64,000 nucleotides of DNA from Carcharhinus amblyrhynchos (lineage: Eukaryota), in NCBI GenBank assembly GCA_965287045.1, contig OZ336876.1, positions 82,274,001-82,338,000 on the forward strand, in the 5' to 3' direction. Below the pieces are notes generated by a model, which saw only the letters and a program-made list of their open reading frames with translations, did no database searches and had not been told where the DNA came from. Made by a program: the position numbers and the translations under genes. Shown one piece after another: positions 11,995 through 25,225 of the stretch (its first letter is position 1; the number at the start of each line of letters is the position of its first letter).

Positions 11995-12845
11995 TCTTCA
12001 CAGGAGTGAGTGTTTCTGACAAGGCCAACAATTGTTTATCTCTAATTGCCCTGCTGCAGCCCACTTGGTGTAGGTGCACCAACAATGCTGTTAGGAAAGA
12101 TTCCCAGGATTTTAGTGACAGTGAAGGAAGGGTAATGTAGTTTCATGTCAGGATTTTGTGTAACTTAGAGGGGAACTTGTAGGTGGTTATGTTCCTATGC
12201 ATTTGTTGCCCTGGCCCTTCCAGGTGGTAGAAGTTGTTTATTTGGAAGGTGCTGTTGACGGAGGCTGAACAAGTTGGCGCAGTGCAGATGTAGATGATAG
12301 CCTCTGCTGCCTCTGTGCATCGGGAGTGAGCTGCTTGTGTTTTTGAATTGCACTCACCCAGACAAATGAAGAGTATTCCATCAAGTGCTTGACTGCCTTG
12401 TAGATGATTGACAAGATATGGGGAGTCAGAAGATTAGTTGTTGTAGAATTTCCAACCTTTGACCTGTTCTTAGAATCCCACAGTATTTATATGGCTGCTC
12501 CAGTTCAGTTTCCGATCAGTGGTAATCCCAGAATGTTGTCAATAGGGATTTAATCGTGGTAATACCATTGAATGTCAAGGGAAGTTGGTTGGATTCTCTG
12601 TTGTTGGAGATGGTCATTATCTGACACTTACGCGGTGCGAATGCTACTTCCTGCTTATCAGCCAAAGTGAATATTGTTGAAGCCTTGCTGCATGTGGACA
12701 TGGACTGCTTCAGGATCTAAGGAGTATGAATGATACTGAACATCATGTAATCATCAGTGAACATCCACACTTTTGACCTTGTGATGGAGAAAAGTTATTG
12801 AAGGAGCTGAAGATGTTTAGGCCAAAAACATTATCCTGATTTAAG
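11995..12845 (-). mobile_element. Decayed non-LTR retrotransposon (second LINE family), RT 3' part
   Basis: Minus-strand FAPRKCQIMTISNNRESNQLPLTFNGIT. Related fragments at about 18460-18640, 33945-35070, 53540-53870 and 63490-63920. Confidence 0.7.
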
Positions 12846-12885
12846 TGTATTTTTAATTGACTTTTAACATTCCCTGTAATTATAG

Positions 12886-13000
12886 GAGTGACCTTCAATG
12901 GAATGCTTCTGAAAGGAAGTTGACAGGAGGAGCAAACTGGCAGCCTAAGGTTGCTCCCACTACAGCTTGGCCAGCAGGTTGTCCACCCAGCAGTCAAATG
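12886..13000 (+). CDS. SNAP91: SNAP91 internal exon (115 nt, phase 2-0)
   Basis: tatag| ... |gtactg. Translates SDLQWNASERKLTGGANWQPKVAPTTAWPAGCPPSSQM, which contains the conserved AP180/CALM KLTGGxNWQPK motif. Confidence 0.95.
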
Positions 13001-13948
13001 GTACTGTCATATTTCTGTTTTACTTAAAGATCTTTACTGTTTTACAAAGCTGTTGATACAACACAGTCAGCATCTAGATCTCAATGAACTTTTCAGTGGG
13101 TGGGCTTTACAAACGTCACATTTTCATGTTAGAAGTGCAACTAAATAAGACATGATCAACATGTTGGCAGTTCAGTATCACCACTCATTAAATTTGCATA
13201 TCCAATGTTACTGTCTTATTGCACCATCGTTCACACTTAAAATACTCCCTTTGTAGCTTTCTTTAGCAGATTTATCCAGTCATGAAGGTAGATAAGTCAC
13301 CTATGTAGAATTTTCTGTAATTGTCACTCTAACCAACCTTTTGAAAACACGCAACTACATATCAGTGCAACTCATCTGAAAGCATTCTGCTTCTCAGAAT
13401 GAGTGCCGTTTTCGTGGTACAGTGTTGCAGTGAGTATTGATTCCAGAAAAATTAACTGTAGTCATTCTATTATACCCATTGCATTTTGTGCACAGGGTTG
13501 CTGTTCTGACCTGGAATAATTCTCAGTACGACTACTTGGTGATCCTCTGGCAGCTCTGGCTTAAATTCCAAATGATTTGATGGAAATATGCTGAAATATA
13601 TTAAAATTGTTCAGGGTTTGGGCACAATCTACTTCCAGAAACTTAATGAAATAATTTATTCAAATTTGTCATTTGGGGCACTGCAGTATCAAAAGGGTAG
13701 ATCATTAGGTTCAATAAGATTGACTTTTAGGGTGCTTGTTAGGATTCTACCTTCATTATGTTTATTTTCTCTTTCTGCTACTGTGATGTTGAATCGCCTC
13801 AAGCATAATTCAAATGTTCAGAATCAAACAATTTAATATTTGAGAATTTTGTGACATTTTCAAATACAGCTTTTATTATCTCATTTATATTGTGCATCAG
13901 TCAACTGTTGAAAGTATTTTGTATTTGACTACAATTTTCCTTTAACAG

Positions 13949-13972
13949 AATGGTTGGCCAATCCCAGGTTAT
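13949..13972 (+). CDS. SNAP91: SNAP91 24-nt microexon NGWPIPGY (probably alternative)
   Basis: ttttcctttaacag| AATGGTTGGCCAATCCCAGGTTAT |gtaagt. Phase 0-0, and at the same position as the recalled PICALM NGMHFPQY microexon. Confidence 0.8.
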
Positions 13973-14489
13973 GTAAGTGAGACCTATTCTACACTATGGC
14001 CTTTGACAGCATTACTAACCGTTTTCTGAGCAGCATTCCTCAGCAGTAAAGACTGCAAGATGTACTAATCTTTCAGTTTTAAATGCATGATAACAGAATA
14101 CTCCTATGCACCAAAATTGGTATGAAATGGCAGATTGAGGCAAAGGTTGCAACTCAGAAGAAGGAGATGGAGGAGGAGGCAAGAAGTGGAAGCAAGATCA
14201 ACTGTACAAGACAATTCAACCTTGCTTTTGCTATCCAAGAGTACCATATCTGTGTTTATAAAACTTCATTTCAGTAATTCTTTAAAAACAATCTCAAAGC
14301 TTACCAAGACTTAACACTTCATGATATCTGTCTTGTACTATCTCAACATTTCTATTTTTGTTGCCTGAAGTATTAGACACAATTTTTTTAATAAATTTGT
14401 TTTTAGTCATAGTTGAGGAAACTCCTAACATGTCCTTTTATCTATTTTGTTACTATTTTTAGATTGTCAGAATACAAATGTATGTAATA

Positions 14490-15720
14490 ATTAGATGCAG
14501 AAGTAGGTTACTCCACCCTTTGAGCCTAATCTACCATTCAGTAGGTTCATGGCTGATCTGATTGCAACCTCAACCCCACATTCTCACCAAACCTGAACCT
14601 TTTACCCACTTATTAATCATGATTCTACCTAGCTTGGTAATAAAATATTCAAAGACTCTGCTTCCATTACCTTTTGAAAAGCTGAGTTCCAAAGAGACTC
14701 AAGCCTATAAAATTCTTCTCATCGTCTTTTAAATGAGTGAACTCTTATTTTTACACAGTGAGCTTCAATTCTAGTCTCTCCCCGAAGAACAATCTCTCCA
14801 TAGTCATCCTGTCAAGACCCCTCAGGATTTGAATATTTCAGTCAAGTCACTTTTTGCTCTTCTAAACTCCAGTGAATACTAGCCTAAACTTTTCAACCTT
14901 TCCTCATAAGACAACTCGCCCTTTCCCAGTATCAGTCCAGTAAACCTTCCCTGAACTGCTTCTAACGCATTTACATCTTTCCTTAAATGAGACCAATACT
15001 GTACAAAGTACTCCATGTGTCACTGCCTTAGCCAACTAAAGCATAACCCCTCTGCTTTTATAATCCCCTCAATAAATGATGACATATTAAGTTTCCTAAT
15101 CATTTGCTATACTTGCATACTAGCCTTTTGTAATTCATGCACTAGGGCACCCAGATGCCTCTGAATATCTCAGCTCTGCAATCCCTTACCACTACTTCTT
15201 GCCAAAATGGACAATCATTTTCCTACATTATATTCCATTTTTCAGATCTTTGCCTGCTCACTCAATGTAACTATCTGTGTCCCTTTGGAGCCGCCTTAGT
15301 CCTCGTCACAGTTTGTTTTCCTACGTATCTGCGTCATCAGCAAATTTCGCAACCATACCTTCGATCCCTGCATCCAATTAATTTATATATACGCTGTAAA
15401 AAGTTGAGGCCCCAGCACTGTGCCTTGCAGCATATTACATCTTGCTAACCAGAGAAACCCCATTTTCGTCTACTGTTTTGTTTGCTAGCCATGCCAAATG
15501 GTACCCCTATTACAGAAGCAACTTTAGCTTTCTGCAAAACCTTTGAGGTGGCACTTTATTGAATGCATTCTGGAAATCTAATGTAGTACATCCACTGGTT
15601 CCCTTTACCCACAGTACATATGACTCCTTCAAAGAATTCTAATAACTTCATTTAACACTATTTTCCTTCCACAAAACTATGTTGACTTTGCCTGATTTCC
15701 TTGAAATTTCCTAGCAGTGT
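14490..15720 (-). mobile_element. Old CR1 LINE fragment
   Basis: Degenerate RT/C-terminal motifs (FADD, DFQKAF-like) and a CR1 tail on the minus strand. Confidence 0.75.
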
Positions 15721-15939
15721 GACCACCACCTGGTACAAAATATCCAAGTAATACTCACCTTTCCTGATGTGTCACAGCATCTGCAGCTCAATGACTCTGA
15801 GCCAAAGCTCTTTAAGCCACAGACACTTACTGTATACGTGCTTCTCCTGGATCACTCGGGTGTCCAGGAGCGCTCTCAGGCTGCAGTATGACAGTCACCT
15901 GTCCTGATGTATGTAAAACTACAACTTCATGCTTTAAGA

Positions 15940-16370
15940 ACGTAAGAACACAAATAGGAGCTGGAGTAGGCCATCCTGCCCCACCATTCAGTAAGACCAT
16001 GGCTGATCTGAAGTGGATCAGTTCCACTTTCCCGTTTTCTCCCCATAACCCTTAATTCCCTTGTCTGTCAAAAACCTATCTACCCGTGACTTAAGTATAT
16101 TTAGTGAGGTAGCCTCCGCCATTTCAACGGGCAGAGAATTCCAGAGATTCACCACCCTTTGAGTGAAGAAGTTCCTCCTCAAATCTGATCTAAACTGCAC
16201 ACCCCCCCCCCCCCCCCCCACCCCCTTTCTCTTGAGGCTGTGTCCTCTAGTCCTGCTATCCTTTCTAAGCAGGAAGAATCTCTCTACCTCTACCCTATCC
16301 ATCCCCTTCATTATCTTATACGTCTCTATAAGATCCCCCCCTTATCCTTCTAATCTCCGAGTACAGACCC
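15940..16370 (-). mobile_element. CR1 LINE 3' fragment, young subfamily
   Basis: ORF 16018-16311 KGMDRVEVERFF...RRNFFTQRVVNLWNSLP...GKWN. Inverted relative to 4962-5421. Confidence 0.9.
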
Positions 16371-17254
16371 AGATTAACAATTACTTAATTGATTCAATTA
16401 CTTATTTTCTTTATATATATTAATTTTGTCACAAATTCCTATAATCTTTTAAACCTGGGAATAGAATAGACCTGACTCACCAAATGGTTCACTCCTTCGC
16501 CTGTATTACAGCAAGAACCAGTTCCTACAGGGTGAAATTCTTAAAAAAGCAAAGCCCCTCCCTCCTTCCCTCCGTTGAGGTTGCACTTGTGTAAATGCTA
16601 AATTGAATGAAATTTTTTTGCCTGCCTCTCTCATTCATGGTTGATATAATCCAGATATGTTATAGTGTGGGTTATGTCCTGTTTAAAGATTTAGTATTCA
16701 ATAGAAGATGCCACACAATCATCTTCATTATACCCCTGCTTGTTTTTGGATTTCAAACAAGAACTGATGTGATTTTTTTTTTTCCCCCACCCAATTTCTG
16801 TTCACCAAAAATAAGTTAATCCCATAACCATTCATTTGAGTTCTTCCTTTCTCTGTATCTTTTGGCATCTTAGGACATCCAGATCTAAACAAATGAGGAA
16901 TTCAATTAATGCTTTGCTCCATAATAAAAAAGTAGCAAATTGGGCTCAAATGAGAAATATTAATAATCAGGTTATGCTCTGTAATATTGAATTTTGTGTG
17001 GCTCTTTATTAATCTGTGACAGAATGTTTATATTTTGCAACCTGAGATGTGCTCAATTCTCTATTCAGCATCTATCAAACCCTTTTGATAAGACCTGTTT
17101 GTCCCTTTCCAAAAAATACAATATTGGATTATTTGCATTCTAACCAGGAATTTATTTGCCTTCCTTCAAGATTCACTCAGACCTTACCAGCTGTGTAGCT
17201 TCCATTCTGCTCCCTTTCCATTGATTCTGTTTTTCAGAAAGCCTTCCTTAATTT

Positions 17255-17585
17255 CATAGAACCCTATGGTGCAGAAAGAGGCCCTTCAGCTCATCGAGTC
17301 TGCAGCAAATACAATGCCACCCAGGCCCTACCCCCATATCCCTACATGTTATTACCTGCTAATCCCTGTAACCTAACCATCTTGGGACGCTAAGGGACAA
17401 TTTTATCATGGCTAATCAACCTAACCTGCACATCTTTGGACTGTGGGAGGAAACCGGAGCACGCGGAGGAAATCCATGCAGACACGAGAAGAACGTGCAA
17501 ACTCCATACAGTGACCTGAGCTGGGAATCGAACGCAGGTCCCTGGAGCTGTGAAGCAGCAGTGCTAACCACTGTGCTGCCGTGCT
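17255..17585 (-). mobile_element. HE1-like V-SINE with CR1-type tail
   Basis: Minus strand: ggcagcacagtggttagcactgc head, ttcgattccc box B, V domain gctccggtttcctcccacagtccaaag, CR1-like tail. Confidence 0.88.
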
Positions 17586-17749
17586 GTTTTTGTTATCCTT
17601 TTACACTGCTTTACCATTTCAAAAGCATTAAGTATTAACATTTTGTTTCATATTCCCATTTTTCAAAAGTTTCGTACAGAATGTCCTAGCACTTAGACCA
17701 AGGCCTTTCTGGAGAAAAGGCATTGTTTTTTTAAAAAAAGGAGAATTTG

Positions 17750-20700
17750 CCACCTTTTTAGTCGTTGAGTGTGGGCATCACTAGCTAGGCCGGAGAAATG
17801 AATGCGTGGCTCAAACACTGGTGTAGGAGAAGTGGGTTCCAGTTCATGAGGTACTGGCATGAGAATTGGGGAAAGTGGCATCTGTACCATTGGGACAGCC
17901 TACACCTGAACTGTATTGGGGATGGTGGTTCTAGCAAGCCACATGGTTAAGGAAATAGAGAGGATTTTTAAATTAAATAGAGGAGCAGGGGATCAAATTT
18001 GAAAAAATGTAATAAACCAAGGAGTACAGACAAGGTGGGAAAAAGTACTGACCAGGAAAATGAAAGACAGAATGCAACTCCACAGATAAGGCTAGATGCT
18101 ACAAAAAATAATGGAAGGACACAGTAAAGACTCTTTATTTGAATGCACATAGAATTTGAAATGAGAAATGAACTAATGAATGTTAAAGATTGAGACTTGA
18201 ATATTGAAGGGTGTGTGACATTTAGGAAGGACAGGAAGCAAGGAAGAAGTGGAAGGGTGGCTCTGCTAATTATCATATTAGGTCATTAGAGAGATGACCC
18301 AAGATCAGGAAACCAGGATGTTGAAGCAGTTTGGTTGAATCAGAAATGATAAAGGCAAAAAGACACTTTTGGAATGGTGTACAGGTCCCCTAACTGTAAC
18401 TACATGATGGGACAGAATATAAAGGAAGCAGTAATAGGAGGTCATCAGAAAGGTTTTGCACCTTGTAGCTGGTACACACTGTTGCCATGGTTAGTCAGTT
18501 GGTGGAGGGAGTGAATGTTTGTGGAAGGGGTAGCAATCAGACAGGCTGCTTCATTCTGGATGGTGTCCAGCTTTGAGTGTTGTTGGAGCTGCACTTATCC
18601 AGGCAAGTGGAGAGTACTCCATCACGTTCCTGACTTTTAGCAGCAAATTGAGACCTCTTGCCCAAAATAGTCTGTAGCTGATTACAGAATGTACAGAGGC
18701 CATATAAAAATGGGTTAAGATGGAATATGAGAATACCTGAGCCATTAACATGAAAAGGAGCACAAAAGTATTTTCTTAGAAATATAAATAGTTAATGGAC
18801 AGTGAAATGAAGAGTGGGACTCGTTAAAGACCAAAAGGTGATCAATTGTGAAGACAGAAAGCATGGCTGAGGTTTACTACAGAAGGGAATGCTGCCAATG
18901 TAGCTGCAACATGGAATGTGTTCCTTGCTGAAAGGCAGAAAAGGCACTGCCTGGATTTTGCTAGAAAATTCTTGAATCCCACCTTCTATTGCCATTTTCT
19001 CTTCCTACAAATAAATGTGTGATGGAATAAAAAAAAATCAACCATTCCACAAGATATAGAATGAATAGACTAAGTGACAATCCAATCCACTAATTTATTA
19101 AACTCTCAAATAGTGTGCAAGTGATTCAGAATTTAACACATTCAGCTTGACAATATATGATCCATGGATTTTAATACAAAACACAGTGCAGATTATTCTG
19201 AGACAGACCTCCATTATGACTATTTGTATTCTGAAATGATCATAATTGTGCAATCCTTTTATTTCATTTTTTATTTTAATTATCTGCAAGTATTATGGTC
19301 AATGTAGACTTGGAGGGCTGAACGGCCTGTTTCTGTGCTATAATTTGTTCTTTGTTGTTGCTGTAAATGGACAATGATGGCCTGAATATGAAATTGGCAG
19401 GGAACAGAAAATAAAAAATAGTGGCAAACAATTTTTCAGACTGGAGGGAAATGTATTACCTGGATTTGGTTTTGCAGGATACTTTCAAAGTCAGCAGATG
19501 ACACAACACTCTAATGTACTAAGAAATGAAAAGATTACTAACAGACTTCAAAAGGGCAAAGACAGATCCGTAAAATAGGCAGACACATTTGGGAGGTACA
19601 CATTTCAATGGAATCGGATTACCAAAAGGATTTGGATGTTGTGTGGGAATGAAGCAGAAGATGAGAAAGAAATGCCTGTATCCTGTGAAAGTTGAAAGAA
19701 TGGTAATCCAGTTAGAGTTTATCTCATGAGATCCTGCCATTTCAATCATGTCATGTGATTTGAAAGTCAAAAATCATCAAAGTTTACCCAATCCCATCAG
19801 TCATTGCAAAAGCTATTATCGCAATTGGCTTAATGCTTCTGAAATTGCCACTGGCCGTGATATTATCTTTAAAACACCAAGCACAAACAAAGTGATAGCA
19901 AATCTGAAATATTATTTTGTTTGGTGTTGGATTCACCTCTGCCAATCGTTGCAGTCCCTACACAGAAGAAGATTCCAAAACTCAGATGTATTAGTCATTC
20001 CTTTCTTGCACCTCCCAACACATGCATGTTTCAGCTCCTTTTGGAAAGGCCGGGAGTTCCAAGAAAATATTGCAAGAATAAATAATTACAGGGCTGTGGG
20101 GAAAGAATATGAAGTGGGACTAATTGGATTACTTTTCAGAAAAGCTGGGGCACACCTTATGGACCAAATGGCATCTTGTGCTGTATTATTCTATAATACA
20201 CATGTGAAATGATACATGGTAGTAGGAAGAATGAGAGGCAATGTAAATGAAATTGTACAATTTTGAAGAGGATGCAAGGAGAGAGATCTGGGGAGAGGTT
20301 GTGTACACAAGCTCTTAAAGCACGCAGGAGACTGAGAAGGTTTCTTATTTGAAAGATAAATATGGGAGCCTCCTCTTTATTAGTAGAGGCATAGAGTTCA
20401 AAAGAAAATCGGTGATATTAATCCTTGAAAGAACACTCTGCTTTAGTTGGAGTATTGTGTTCAGTTCTGGGCACATGTGGCAGAAAATCAATTTATAGAG
20501 CATAAAGAAATTTGCCACAATAGAATCAGGTATGAAACACTATGTGGAAAAGCTGAGGTTGTCCTCAGACTTGGAGCAAAGAAGGTGAAGAGTGATACAG
20601 ATGGCCAAAATCATGAATGGTTTTAATAGAGTAAGGAAGGAGAAACTTTTTCCAGTGGCAGGAATGTTGGAAACTAGAACACCAATTTAAGCTGGTTGGC

Positions 20701-20930
20701 AGAAGGACCAGAGCTGATGGGAGGAAAAACAAATTGCACAGAGTTGTTGTGATCTGAAATGTGCTGCTTAAAGGTGGTGGAAGTAGATTCAGCTGGAGCT
20801 CAAAAGGTAACTGGAAAAATATGGGACTATAAGGAAAGTGCACTGCAGTGGGACTAATTAGATAATTTGCCCAAAAGCGGGTGCTTTTACAATGGGTTGA
20901 ATAGCCTGTTTCTGTACTATATCATTATGA
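17750..20930 (+). mobile_element. Fragmented old CR1 pieces (esterase/EN remnant about 17750-18450; RT 3' end about 20200-20930)
   Basis: Degenerate CR1 motifs (GVYRSPN-like, LEYCVQFW-like) interleaved with other sequence. Confidence 0.55.
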
Positions 20931-22017
20931 TTGAGCACAGATCCCTGTCCATCAAAAATGATAATTTCTTTGTCTAAATGAAGATCGCACTCTCTTTGTT
21001 TTCACTTCCTATTGTCTTGGAGATTATTAAAATTCAGGTGTCCATTGGACAACCATTGTAGCCTATTGCTCTCTGGAGAGTAAAACGGTAATCAAAATGC
21101 ATGGCAGCTTCAATCAATGAATTGAAACTTTGTTCTCAACAAATACGTTTGCTTTTTTCACCTAATGTGTAGCCTATAATTGTCTCAATTTCTCTTGCTT
21201 TGCATTTAACTGGACAGCCCATTCCATCAAGATCAAATCCATATTTCTCAAGTAATATTTAGCAGTGCTTGACTTGCTTGTCAGATAAGGACAAAGGGAT
21301 ATACAAATCAAGGCAACTGTTGCTCATGCATGAAGATCTATAGTGGCATAGGTCTAAGCTATTTTGCAGACTCTGAAACATCGTGCTTATTTCATTTGTG
21401 TTAAACAACTGGTTTATCCACATTACAGATGACCTTAGTTTTATTTGCTAGTTGTTTTATTTTGAGCAACCGTGATGTATTTTTTAATCATTGTTTAATC
21501 TTTCTGCTAGAAGAGATTATACTTTGAGGCGACTGCACCTCAAGATGGTCTTAACACTAAATCAGATTATCTTGTTCCACTTTCTATGCATTTGGTATAC
21601 TCTTTTCATTGTATTTGGAAAGTAAATGAGGATGAAAATAATTACCGCCTATCTTTCTTCCCCTTTCTCATTTAGTCTGTTTTATTTTGGAAAAGAACCA
21701 AGGAGGGTTGGCTGGAGCATAAAACCATTAATTTAGTAAATCAGTAAAACTGTGAATTTAAGCTGGCAGGTTCTGACCTTTTTTGGAAAGGCAAAATCCC
21801 TTAATCATCCTTTTTGGTACTAAAGCTGTTGTGCATGATGGATAAATCTCCAAAAGAACCAGATTCTACCAAAGATAGGAGCTTGTATTTCTCTCCTTCA
21901 TTTTTGATCTCAAATAATAAGAAAGACCATTCAACAATTTATTTTCAATAGAAAATATTTTAATCTGACTTATTTACACTAATATATTCACACCTGCTTT
22001 TCTGTGGATTATTCTAG

Positions 22018-22077
22018 GGGGCTGTTCCACCTGTAGGGCCACCACCTACTGCTCAGCCGGTACCTGGATTTGGGATA
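22018..22077 (+). CDS. SNAP91: SNAP91 internal exon (60 nt)
   Basis: attctag| ... |gtaagt. Translates GAVPPVGPPPTAQPVPGFGI. Confidence 0.88.
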
Positions 22078-22305
22078 GTAAGTAGTAGAAGGTTCTTGAG
22101 AACTCAACTTGCAGTTCTGCTAATTAAGATCTATAAGTTTTTGGTTTGAACAAGGATTTTTGATTTTTAAATTGATAATTTTTACTGTTACCTTGCTAAA
22201 TGCTGTCTTATCAGACAAATTAGTTAAGACTGCCTAAAATTACATTTTCTTCACTTTCTTTAAACAAGTAACTCAAGTACTCATTAAATGTGCTGTTTGA
22301 TTAAG

Positions 22306-22410
22306 CCACCTGCAAGCGCAGGTATGCCCATGATGCCTCAGCAGCCAATGATGTATCCTCAGCCGATGATGAGACCAGCGTTCGGAGCTGGAGCAGTTCC
22401 TGGAGCACCG
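22306..22410 (+). CDS. SNAP91: SNAP91 internal exon (105 nt)
   Basis: ttaag| ... |gtaagc. Translates PPASAGMPMMPQQPMMYPQPMMRPAFGAGAVPGAP. Confidence 0.92.
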
Positions 22411-24795
22411 GTAAGCTTTGTGAAGAGAACTTGCTAGTCTTTGAAAAGAAACAATAACATATTATGAAAAGTATGTTAGAAAATGTTTAAGTATGGAAAT
22501 TGGTAGCACAATGAGAGAAATTTAGGGCTAAAACACTGCTGAAATAAACTCAGCAGGTCTGGCAACAGATATAGGAACATAAGTTGAATGGCTTACTCCT
22601 GCTCCTATCAAGCCTGCTCCACCATTTAGTACAACTATGGCTGATGGGACACTTTAATGCCTTTTACACCGACTATCCCCATAACTCTACTTCCAATCTC
22701 CAGCATCTGCAGTACTTTGGTACTGCAAATTCAGTTGTGATGTTGCCTGGCAGTTCAGCTAGTCATTGCAAGCTGGACTCAAACAGGAGGCCATACGTTC
22801 CTCCTGAGTTAAAGGAAATCTTCCCATTTTATTACACAATATACATATAGCTAAAGTTTGAGGTAAATTTTCAGAAGCATTGTGCATGTAGAGGATTGTG
22901 TGCTAAGAGAACATAGCAGGAATTTGTAACTAAAGATTTTCTTCCTTTGTTATACTTGGAATTTTCTGCATGCCCACCGTAATCTTCAGTACAGTTTCCT
23001 GCAATACCCACAGTTCTGGTGAAAATTAATAATACATGAAGGAAGGAGCCACATGAAGCCAAAAAGCTTCAACAGGTATTAGCCTTGGTTAAAGGATAGC
23101 ACACTTGCCTGAAGAGCTGGTGAAAGCCCCAGTGCCAGACATTTAAACATATTGGCCATGACTTCCAGACTCCCCAGTGTTTGATTTTGGGGGGCGGGGG
23201 GTAACCTACATATGCACTAGGAAATCCCTCTAGGAACTTCCAAGGTAAATATTTGCATAGTAATTGCCCAGAAATACTAATCTCATCTGGGCAATTGTGC
23301 TGTGCTGTGAACCACTTGAATATGATTTAAATCGCAAACTTCAGACAGTTCTGACTATGTTACAATCTCTTCTAATTTTTGGGCAACTGTTGAGAAGAGA
23401 CAGACCAATGCCCCCAGTGTCTCCCCCCCGCCCCAATAAGCCTGACTCTCATCCCCCCAAACTTGACCCTCCAACCCGACTGGATCTGATTCCTCTCCCT
23501 GACCAGACTGCACCTCTTGACCTGACTCCCCCCACTAACATTCACCTGTCATGACATAGGCACACGTGCACGCACACACACCACCCCCACCTCCCCAGTG
23601 TCCAACTCTTCCTACCTGAGATCCAATCCTATCCTTAGGGCCCGATCTTCGCCACTTACCTTCTCCCTGGCTTGTCTTTTCAATTGATCCTTTAAACTTA
23701 AACCTGGTTTACAGCAGCCGGTGTTGTTCTTTAAAAAAAGCGGGGGAGGTGCATGTCCTCCTTCACTCCAACTCGCTAAAGACCTTTGGGTTTCGTTGAC
23801 TGCTGCGCTGCCTGGAATTTGCCCACCTGAGTCTGGAGGTCAGGCAAGACGGGCATAGAAGAAATTTGGCATAGGTAAGTGGGCAGAGTGGCAATCCAAT
23901 GCTGATAGCAACTCTGAGGAAATTACAGCCCATCCAGGCTCACATTTTAGTGCAATACTGAAGGATTCAATTTCAATTGGTTTCAACCCTCTATCGATAA
24001 TATTTGAATGGCTTTGTTGTTTAATGAAATATACTTCTATACCATTGCAATATTTCGATTCAATCCACTATTGCTATACAGTTCTGTATGGCAGTATCTC
24101 CCTCCACCTCACCTTAGCTTACTTAATTTTCTATACTGACTGCTTCCATTTCTAGTTTGATCTTTAACCTTAAAGCTTATCATACTGTAGTAATTACACC
24201 CAAGTTGCTCATTCATATGTAACTTGTATGCCTAATCTATTTCATTACTATTAACAAGATCTAGCAATTCTGTCACCATAACCTCCTAACATACTGCTTG
24301 AGGAAAGGATTTGCTTGCTTAATACTATAAAAACAAGTTGTAAGTGGTTCCAGCAAATGGACTTAAAATGCCATGAGCAGGACAAGTTCGATAAGGCTAT
24401 AAATTTGTATTCTACTTAATTTTGCTACAGAAGAAACTATGTTGAGTGGAAATAGAATTAGGATGAAACCCTTCCTTTGTTTAAATTTAATCCTATAATT
24501 AAAGTGTGAAACCTGAATATATCCCAGTCTAAAAATAGAGATTGATTTTCCTCTGTTTTATTTGAGAAGTCCTTTGGCCCAAATGCTGTGCTTAGTATTT
24601 TTGCTGGCTTTACATGTTTCCTGCCTTTACAAATATATTTTAAAATACTATTTCAAGATTAGTTTTATCATGTTTGAGATTCGATAATTGTTGCATGAGC
24701 AAAATGTGCATGTAAAGTATAATTATAACCTTTCTAACCTCTTGGCCTCACTATATTGCTGCTTTTTCTGCCTTCTTTGGTCTCTGCTTTGTTAG

Positions 24796-24888
24796 CTCTC
24801 CCCAAGCCCAACGCCTGCCACTCAAAGCCCCAAGAAACCTGCAACAAAGGACCCTCTAGCAGATCTAAACATCAAGGATTTCTTGTAA
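24796..24888 (+). CDS. SNAP91: SNAP91 stop-containing exon (exon ends 24894)
   Basis: gttag| then LSPSPTPATQSPKKPATKDPLADLNIKDFL* (TAA 24886-24888), the canonical AP180 C-terminus. Donor aaag|gtactc at 24895. Confidence 0.96.
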   Translation, partial: LSPSPTPATQSPKKPATKDPLADLNIKDFL

Positions 24889-25225
24889 ACAAAGGTACTC
24901 TCCAGGTTCTATCTGGAACACATTTTGTTTGCTCAAAGTTAAAATTGCATGGCCAGTGTGTGTGTTTGTGAGTGATAGAAATGTTAAAGGTAGATTGCAC
25001 AAGTTTCTACTTGAGGGACTTTCCAATACAGTAATAGATGTTATGTAGGTCCATTATGCTTTTTTTAAAAAATCAGCTTTTTTTGTATACAGTCAAAATA
25101 TGAAAAATTTGGCCGTGGTACTTTGCTCCACTTGGACCTGAGTTCATGAAAAGAGAAATTTATTGAAAACTGTTGTTCCTTTTAGTCATCTGATGGATCT
25201 AATTTATTTATGGCTTACTTTGCAG

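Noticed and set aside
17500-17585. tRNA-like sequences with box A/B
   Set aside because: They are SINE heads joined to V domains, not tRNA genes.
19748-20212. 154-aa ORF in a SNAP91 intron
   Set aside because: No recognisable domain and it ends in a CR1 tail remnant; probably a chance ORF.
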